DNA of 54,393 nucleotides from Bacilli bacterium (GTDB lineage Bacteria; Bacillota_I; Bacilli_A; RF39; UBA660): NCBI GenBank assembly GCA_030531695.1, contig JAUNMV010000005.1, positions 1 to 54,393 of the forward strand, read 5' to 3'. Shown piece by piece: positions 48,290 to 54,393 of this stretch (position 1 is its first letter; each line of letters starts with the position of its first letter). The notes under the pieces were generated by a model. It saw only the letters and a program-made list of their open reading frames with translations, ran no database searches and was not told where the DNA came from. The position numbers and the translations under genes were made by a program.

Positions 48290-49566
48290 TAATCTTTAAA
48301 CATAAAGTAGAAGTCTAGTATCCTTACTTCGTCTCCTTCTTCAGCACCTAATTCTCTTAACTTATCATCTATTCCCATACGAGAAAGTTTCTTAGCAAAT
48401 CTATATTCTGCTTCTTCTCCAGAGAATTTAGTCATCTTGAAAATTCTCTCTACTTCATCACCAGAAATAGCCCATGTACCATCATCATCTCTTGTAATAG
48501 TAAATGGCTCTTCCTTCTTAAATTTATATAATACATGTGATTCTATTTGACTATCATCATATAAAGGATTAACAGGAATAGCATCTAACATATCAGCTAA
48601 TTTATCTACTACTGCTTGTAATCCTGTATTTGTAGCTGCACTTACTTCAAATATTTCTACATCAGGAACCTTCTTTTTAAATTCTTCTAAATTATCTTTA
48701 GCTCCTTCAATATCCATTTTATTAGCAACTATAATTTGAGGTTTTTCAAGTAACTTAGTATTAAATTCACCTAATTCTTTATTAATTAAAAGATAATCTT
48801 CGTAAGGATCTCTAAGTTCTGATCCACTCATATCTATAACATGAGCAATTACTCTAGTTCTTTCAATATGTCTTAAGAATTTATCTCCTAATCCTTCACC
48901 TTGAGAAGCTCCCTCAATTAATCCTGGAAGATCTGCCATAACAAAGCTTCTTCCATCACTAGCTTTAACAACCCCTAAATTAGGATTTAATGTTGTAAAG
49001 TGATATGCTGCAATCTTAGGTTTAGATTTAGATACACAAGATATAATTGTACTCTTACCAACGCTAGGTAATCCAACAAGACCTACATCAGCTAACATTT
49101 TAACTTCTACTTTAAGAGTCTTTTCTTCTCCTTCTTCTCCTTTTTCAGAGTAATCAGGAGCAGTATTAGTTTGTGTTTTAAAAGCAGTATTTCCTCTACC
49201 ACCTCTACCACCTTTAGCGATTAACTCTTCTTGATCTTTACGTGATAAGTCTGCAATAACTAAACCAGTATCTAAATCAGTAACAACAGTACCTTGAGGT
49301 ACTCTAACAACTAAAGGTTCTGCACCTTTACCATGTTGATTCTTACCTCTACCATTTTCACCATTACTTCCTTTAATTGTTTTTTGATATCTTAAGTCTA
49401 GTAATGTATGTAATCCCTCATCTACTTTAAAGATAATGTCAGCACCATGACCACCATTACCACCATAAGGTCCACCCATTTCAACGAATTTTTCACGTCT
49501 GAAAGCAGTACATCCATCTCCACCATTACCAGCTTCAACTTTTATAGTAACCTCATCTACAAACAT
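48289..49566 (-). CDS. obgE: GTPase ObgE
   Basis: MFVDEV, Gly-rich Obg fold, GLPSVGKST, YHFTTL.P, DLPGLI, NKMD; ATG 49566 after GGAGG. Confidence 0.97.
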   Translation of the reverse strand: MFVDEVTIKVEAGNGGDGCTAFRREKFVEMGGPYGGNGGHGADIIFKVDEGLHTLLDLRYQKTIKGSNGENGRGKNQHGKGAEPLVVRVPQGTVVTDLDTGLVIADLSRKDQEELIAKGGRGGRGNTAFKTQTNTAPDYSEKGEEGEEKTLKVEVKMLADVGLVGLPSVGKSTIISCVSKSKPKIAAYHFTTLNPNLGVVKASDGRSFVMADLPGLIEGASQGEGLGDKFLRHIERTRVIAHVIDMSGSELRDPYEDYLLINKELGEFNTKLLEKPQIIVANKMDIEGAKDNLEEFKKKVPDVEIFEVSAATNTGLQAVVDKLADMLDAIPVNPLYDDSQIESHVLYKFKKEEPFTITRDDDGTWAISGDEVERIFKMTKFSGEEAEYRFAKKLSRMGIDDKLRELGAEEGDEVRILDFYFMFKD

Positions 49567-49600
49567 TAAAATCCCTCCTTTAAAAATTATATCATAAAAG

Positions 49601-49621
49601 AAAAAAGTCCCTAAGGACTTT
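49601..49621 (-). terminator. Intrinsic terminator after rpmA
   Basis: aaagtcc-ctaa-ggacttt with flanking A-tract. Confidence 0.7.
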
Positions 49622-49637
49622 ATCAAACTAATTTAAA

Positions 49638-49925
49638 TTATTCTGCTGGATAAACAGAAGCTTGTTTTTTATCTCTTCCTAAACGTTCAAATTTACAAAT
49701 TCCATCAATTGTAGAATATAAAGTATCATCATTTCCACGTCTTACATTTTTACCTGGGAATACTTTAGTTCCACGTTGACGATATATAATTGAACCAGCT
49801 GTGATGAATTCGCCATCAGCTGCTTTAGCTCCTAATCTACGTCCTGCAGAATCACGACCATTAGATGTTGATCCTTGCCCTTTGTGGTGAGCAAATAATT
49901 GGATATTTAATCTTAAAAAATTCAT
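49638..49925 (-). CDS. rpmA: 50S ribosomal protein L27 with Prp-cleaved N-terminal extension
   Basis: LNIQLF|[23 protein letters not shown]. Confidence 0.97.
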   Translation of the reverse strand: MNFLRLNIQLFAHHKGQGSTSNGRDSAGRRLGAKAADGEFITAGSIIYRQRGTKVFPGKNVRRGNDDTLYSTIDGICKFERLGRDKKQASVYPAE

Positions 49926-49936
49926 AATTCTCCTCC

Positions 49937-50239
49937 TTACTTAACTTCAATATTAGCTGGATATTGTTTCTCCAACTCTTTTAAAAGACTAACCATGTTT
50001 CCTATTAGTATTTGAGTAGTACTATCATCACTCTTAATAGTGATTGTCATACCCTTTTTACTAACTAAGTAACTTAGACTTTGTTTATCAAGTGCAAGTA
50101 TTCCATTTACAGTAGTAGTAACAATACTACTAACTGCAGCACATACTATATCTTTTCCATAATCATCATACATAGCATGTCCTAATACTGAAACTTTCTT
50201 AAACTTAGCACTTTCTTTTTCAATCGTAACCTTTATCAT
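49937..50239 (-). CDS. prp: Ribosomal-processing cysteine protease Prp
   Basis: GHA...[10 protein letters not shown]; lies between rplU and rpmA. Confidence 0.93.
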   Translation of the reverse strand: MIKVTIEKESAKFKKVSVLGHAMYDDYGKDIVCAAVSSIVTTTVNGILALDKQSLSYLVSKKGMTITIKSDDSTTQILIGNMVSLLKELEKQYPANIEVK

Positions 50240-50244
50240 ATTAA

Positions 50245-50547
50245 TTAACCATTAATTTTAGTAATTTTAATTTTTGTATATGGTTGTCTATGTCCTTGAG
50301 TTTTACGATTAGATCTATCTTTACTCTTATACTTGAAAACTCTGATTTTCTTATTTTTACCGTTCTTTAGTACTTCACCTTCAACAGTAACATTAGTAAG
50401 ATAAGGGTTTCCTACTTTTGAATCAAGCATTAATACTTGATCAAATTTAACAACATCACCTGAAGCAGCATTTAATTTTTCAACGTAAATTTCACTACCT
50501 TCAGTTACGTAATATTGTTTTCCACCAACTTTAACTACAGCGTTCAT
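50245..50547 (-). CDS. rplU: 50S ribosomal protein L21
   Basis: GGKQYYV.EG, VEKL, GNPY, GHRQPYT. Confidence 0.97.
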   Translation of the reverse strand: MNAVVKVGGKQYYVTEGSEIYVEKLNAASGDVVKFDQVLMLDSKVGNPYLTNVTVEGEVLKNGKNKKIRVFKYKSKDRSNRKTQGHRQPYTKIKITKING

Positions 50548-50572
50548 TAATATACCTCCTTTATTTAACTTA

Positions 50573-50643
50573 AGACTCGCTTTTAAGGTACAGATTATCT
50601 GTTTTTACCTTTTCAATGCGGTTTGAGCATGAGGCTTCAAACA
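50573..50643 (-). ncRNA. L21 leader cis-regulatory RNA
   Basis: Minus-strand AACCGCA...AAGGTA...TACCTT...GCGAGTCT between the promoter and rplU, as in Bacillota L21 leaders. Confidence 0.7.
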
Positions 50644-50649
50644 TCAAAG

Positions 50650-50678
50650 ATTATAACACAACAAATATTCCTTGTCAA
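50650..50678 (-). promoter_or_regulatory. Consensus sigma-A promoter of the rplU operon
   Basis: TTGACA-N17-TATAAT with TG extension. Confidence 0.85.
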
Positions 50679-50754
50679 ATATAGTTTTTAAAGAATTTTA
50701 ATAATTTTTTTCTATGTAAAATTACCCATTTATGATATTCTATTTTAGAAGGAG

Positions 50755-51465
50755 ATGATTGATTTGAAATATAAGAGAATTTTACTTAAATTAAGTGGCG
50801 AAGTTCTTGCTGGTTCTAAAGGTACAGGAATAGATTTTGAAAGAGTACTAGAACTAGCTAATGAAATTAAAGAATGTGCTGATTTAGGTGTTGAGATTGG
50901 TATCGTTGTTGGAGGAGGAAACTTCTGGCGCGGTAAATCTAATGAATATATGGATAGAGCTACATCAGACTATATTGGTATGATGGGAACTGTAATGAAT
51001 GCTCTAGCCTTAGGAGATGCATTTAAACAATTAAATGTACCAGTAAGAGTACAAACTGGTGTAGAAATGAGACAAATAGCTGAGTTCTATATTAAAGATA
51101 GAGCTATTCGTCATTTAGAAAAAGGACGTGTTGTTGTATTTGGTTGTGGAACTGGTTCACCATTCTTCTCAACTGATACTGCTTCTGCTCTAAGAGCTGC
51201 AGAAATAAAAGCTGATGTTTTAATTAAAGCAACTAAAGTAGATGGCGTATATGATAAAGATCCAAAGAAGTATGATGATGCTAAAATGTTTACATCTATA
51301 ACTTTCTTAGATGTATTAAAACAAAAACTACATGTAATGGATTCAACAGCAACAGGTTTATGTATGGATGAAGATATTCCAATACATGTTTTCAACGTTA
51401 ATAAAAAAGGTATATTAAAAAGGATTATTTTAGGAGAAGAAATTGGTACAATAGTTACTAATTAA
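50755..51465 (+). CDS. pyrH: UMP kinase
   Basis: [43 protein letters not shown]; start may be TTG 50764. Confidence 0.95.
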   Translation: MIDLKYKRILLKLSGEVLAGSKGTGIDFERVLELANEIKECADLGVEIGIVVGGGNFWRGKSNEYMDRATSDYIGMMGTVMNALALGDAFKQLNVPVRVQTGVEMRQIAEFYIKDRAIRHLEKGRVVVFGCGTGSPFFSTDTASALRAAEIKADVLIKATKVDGVYDKDPKKYDDAKMFTSITFLDVLKQKLHVMDSTATGLCMDEDIPIHVFNVNKKGILKRIILGEEIGTIVTN

Positions 51466-51490
51466 AAAATAGTCCTTCGGGACTATTTTT
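51464..51490 (+). terminator. Intrinsic terminator after pyrH
   Basis: aaaatagtcc-ttcg-ggactatttt. Confidence 0.8.
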
Positions 51491-51506
51491 ATTTTTCAAA
51501 TCAATC

Positions 51507-51533
51507 AAAAAAGCAAGTAACAACTTGCTTTTA
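51507..51533 (-). terminator. Intrinsic terminator after ftsZ
   Basis: aaaagcaagt-aaca-acttgctttt. Confidence 0.75.
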
Positions 51534-51538
51534 TTTTT

Positions 51539-52702
51539 TTATATTCTATCTCTTAAGAAAGGTGGTAATTCATATCTATCATCATTATCTTCTTGAGGCT
51601 TTGGAGTATCAAGAATTTCTGCAGGAATACCATACTCAGCTTTTCTAGTAGGTTGATCACTACGTCTAGCTGTTTGAGTTTCAGTAAATACTGGTTGTTC
51701 TTGTTGAACTTGATTTAATCTTTCTCTCTCTTTTTGTTCTTGTAATTTTTTAGCTTTATCAAATCCAGTAGCAATTACTGTAACAATTACTTCATCACTT
51801 AAGTTCTCATTAATAACAGAACCAAATATTGTATTAATATCAGTTCCAGCAGCAGCTCTAACTACTTCAGCAGCTTGTTCTGCTTCAAATAATGTTAAGT
51901 TAACTCCACCAGTAATATTAATAATTGCATCAGTAGCACCAGTAATAGGTATCTCTAATAATGGAGATGATACTGCTTGTTTAGCAGCTTCAATTGCTCT
52001 TTCTTCTCCCATACCTATACCAATACCGATAATAGCATGTCCAGATCCTTCCATTACAGCTTTAACATCTGCAAAGTCAAGGTTAACTAATCCTACTACA
52101 GCAATTAAATCTGATATAGATTGAACACTACGACGAAGTACATTATCTACTTCTTTAAATGCTTCAATCATTGGAGTAGTTTTATCTATTATTTCTCTTA
52201 ATCTATCATTTGGAATGATAATTAATGTATCAACATGTTTTCTTAATTCTTCAATACCACCTAAGGCATTATCCATTCTTCTCTTTCCTTCGAATGAGAA
52301 TGGTTTAGTAACTATAGCTACTGTTAAAGCTCCTAATCCTTGAGCAATTTCAGCTATTACTGGAGCTGCTCCAGTACCAGTTCCTCCACCCATACCAGCA
52401 GTAATAAATATCATATCAGCACCAACTAGTGCATCTTCTATTTCTTTTTTAGATTCAAGTGCTGCTTCTTTACCAATCTCAGGTCTAGCTCCAGCTCCTA
52501 ATCCATCAGTTAGATTAGAACCAATTTGGATTTTGACATCAGCCTTAGAAGAATTTAAAACTTGTAAATCTGTATTAGCAGCAATAAATTCAACACCCTT
52601 AACACCAGATTCAACCATTCTGTTAATGGCATTTCCTCCACCGCCACCAACACCAATGACTTTAATCTTCGCTAATTGATCCATCTCTAATCCGCCTAAC
52701 AT
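51539..52702 (-). CDS. ftsZ: Cell division protein FtsZ
   Basis: [32 protein letters not shown]-terminal LPPFLR. Confidence 0.97.
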   Translation of the reverse strand: MLGGLEMDQLAKIKVIGVGGGGGNAINRMVESGVKGVEFIAANTDLQVLNSSKADVKIQIGSNLTDGLGAGARPEIGKEAALESKKEIEDALVGADMIFITAGMGGGTGTGAAPVIAEIAQGLGALTVAIVTKPFSFEGKRRMDNALGGIEELRKHVDTLIIIPNDRLREIIDKTTPMIEAFKEVDNVLRRSVQSISDLIAVVGLVNLDFADVKAVMEGSGHAIIGIGIGMGEERAIEAAKQAVSSPLLEIPITGATDAIINITGGVNLTLFEAEQAAEVVRAAAGTDINTIFGSVINENLSDEVIVTVIATGFDKAKKLQEQKERERLNQVQQEQPVFTETQTARRSDQPTRKAEYGIPAEILDTPKPQEDNDDRYELPPFLRDRI

Positions 52703-52718
52703 ACCTTGTCCTCCTTAA

Positions 52719-53984
52719 TCAATCAAATAAGTGATTATAAATATCTCCGAAACTATTATAATCACTCAACTTATATTCAGTAGATGCCAAAATTCCTAAT
52801 GACTCATTATCTATCATATTATAAGACTTGCCTCTTAAAGCAAGTTTAAGATCAAAATATTTAATAACACCAAAAGCACTACTATACTTATTGTGTCTTA
52901 AACCCATAGTAGAAATTTTACATAATTTAGCTAATCCATTAAATTCGTTGTCTAATAAATAATTAAACCCCGGGATTTCGCTTAACCCACCTGTAACAAT
53001 TATATAACGTATTTCCCTATTTGTTAAGTTTTTTATTTCATTTTTAGAAAGTTTTAAAATTTCTCTAAGTCTTGCTTCTACTACCTTTGAAGCCCCTATT
53101 TGAGTAATTTCTTTCTTACTTTCATCCTTAGTAGTAACATTAACTACTTCTTTTTCATCTGCATACTCTTCCATAGCATAACAGAAATCTTCTTTAAGCT
53201 TTCTAGCTTCTTCATTATCTATATTATATATATAAGATAAATCTTTATCTACATTAACACTACCTACAGGTAATTGAGAATGTTTAATTTGTATACCTTT
53301 ATTGAATATAGATACATTAGTAGATGTCTCTCCTATATTTAAAACAGCACCTACATATACATCTTCTCCTACACCTAAAGCAGCGTGGTAATCACCAGTA
53401 GAAGTAAATGCTACATCTATAGTTTCTAAACCAGCTAATCTAATAGCTTCTAAAGGTTTATATAAATTATTCTTAGGAATACTACTTATAACTACTTTAG
53501 CTTCTAAAGTACTACCCCTCATACCTTTAGGATCCTTAATATTTTCACTTTCATCTACAATAAAATTAATTGGAGTTACTGTAATAATTTCATACCCATC
53601 TACTCTATGATCTTTTACTGCTTGATTTAATACATTACTAATATCATTACCAGTAACACCATTAGGATCTAATATATCAACAGTTCCAACTACAATATCC
53701 ATCTTACAATCTTTAGGTGAAATAGCGGCTATAACTTTACTAATCTTAATATCTAGCATTTCTTCAACATTCTGTACACAATCTCTAATACTATTAGAAC
53801 AAGCTCTAACATCATATACTTGTCCATTTATAACACCACTAGAAAAATAACTGTTTGCAGCTAAACAATTGTATTTTCCATTTTTCTTTTCGACAACAAC
53901 TATTTTTATACTATCAGTACCTAATTCAATACCAGTATAAAATTCACACATAACATCCACCGCCATCCTATAAAGATTATACAA
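52719..53984 (-). CDS. ftsA: Cell division protein FtsA
   Basis: GIELGTDSIK, DPKGM.G..LE, LNIG, VEARLREI, VTGG; directly upstream of ftsZ; true start probably near 53951. Confidence 0.85.
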   Translation of the reverse strand: MYNLYRMAVDVMCEFYTGIELGTDSIKIVVVEKKNGKYNCLAANSYFSSGVINGQVYDVRACSNSIRDCVQNVEEMLDIKISKVIAAISPKDCKMDIVVGTVDILDPNGVTGNDISNVLNQAVKDHRVDGYEIITVTPINFIVDESENIKDPKGMRGSTLEAKVVISSIPKNNLYKPLEAIRLAGLETIDVAFTSTGDYHAALGVGEDVYVGAVLNIGETSTNVSIFNKGIQIKHSQLPVGSVNVDKDLSYIYNIDNEEARKLKEDFCYAMEEYADEKEVVNVTTKDESKKEITQIGASKVVEARLREILKLSKNEIKNLTNREIRYIIVTGGLSEIPGFNYLLDNEFNGLAKLCKISTMGLRHNKYSSAFGVIKYFDLKLALRGKSYNMIDNESLGILASTEYKLSDYNSFGDIYNHLFD

Positions 53985-54011
53985 TATTACAAAAGAAAAG
54001 AAAAGTTTTTA

Positions 54012-54392
54012 TTACTTTTCACTCTCTAAATAATAAACAGAATAATCTTTATTTTTTTCTATAAATTTACCATTCTCTATCACATAATTAGCTAACTCTT
54101 TATAATATTGTTGATTATAAGAATTATTCTTTAATGCAGCCATACTTATTATATAATATTTATCCCTATCATTATTAATTTTATTAATCATAGTATTATA
54201 ACTATCATATCCATAATTACCATAATTAGTTAAATCATAATAGGTAATATCTAAATTATTAGTAATCTTATAAAAATAATTCTCAGTACCTAATAATAGT
54301 AGTATTACATTGCCATTATATTTATTATATATTCTGTCTACATAATTATAATCTTTAATCATACTAATAGAAGAATATCTTAAAGGATATTT
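54012..54392 (-). CDS. C-terminal part of a hypothetical protein truncated by the window edge
   Basis: The frame stays open from the listed ATG (54362) to the window end. Confidence 0.55.
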   Translation of the reverse strand, partial: KYPLRYSSISMIKDYNYVDRIYNKYNGNVILLLLGTENYFYKITNNLDITYYDLTNYGNYGYDSYNTMINKINNDRDKYYIISMAALKNNSYNQQYYKELANYVIENGKFIEKNKDYSVYYLESEK

Positions 54393-54393
54393 A

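Noticed and set aside
51111-51395. 94-aa minus-strand ORF
   Set aside because: Antisense to pyrH.
52719-52721. Rare TGA stops suggesting genetic code 4
   Set aside because: Long conserved ORFs translate intact with code 11, and TGA ends ftsA and the ylbF-like gene at sensible positions.

Overview
A 54.4-kb, very AT-rich chromosomal segment of a Bacillota genome, read with the standard genetic code. The Bacilli-type gene orders (ylbD-ylbE-ylbF-rsmD, rplU-prp-rpmA-obg, ruvA-ruvB-queA-tgt) and the many orphan surface proteins suggest an uncultured RF39-like lineage; that placement is inference. Most genes lie on the minus strand. The housekeeping backbone includes parC/parE, recD2, mtaB, helD, a phosphomannomutase, ppaC, dnaB, pilC/pilD-like genes, tgt/queA, ruvAB, yebC, obgE, rplU/prp/rpmA with an L21 leader, pyrH and ftsA/ftsZ, plus sporulation-type genes (ylbD/E, spoVB-like, yqfQ-like). 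The strongest candidate for an undescribed system is a four-gene type VII secretion-type effector cassette at 8170-11509. It encodes a tandem WXG100-like protein, a DUF4176 protein, a small helical partner and a 669-aa toxin with a C3-exoenzyme-like ADP-ribosyltransferase tip, and has no downstream immunity gene. Other notable items are three glycine-rich adhesin-like proteins on two different export scaffolds (pilin-like and TasA/CalY-like), a tandem-domain ART-fold-like orphan between queA and tgt, an HPt-receiver fusion beside a degenerate zinc peptidase, a possible attenuator upstream of helD, an IS3-family end at the left edge, and two small ORFs missing from the supplied track. No rRNA, tRNA or CRISPR array was seen. 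All family calls come from motif recognition by eye, not database searches.
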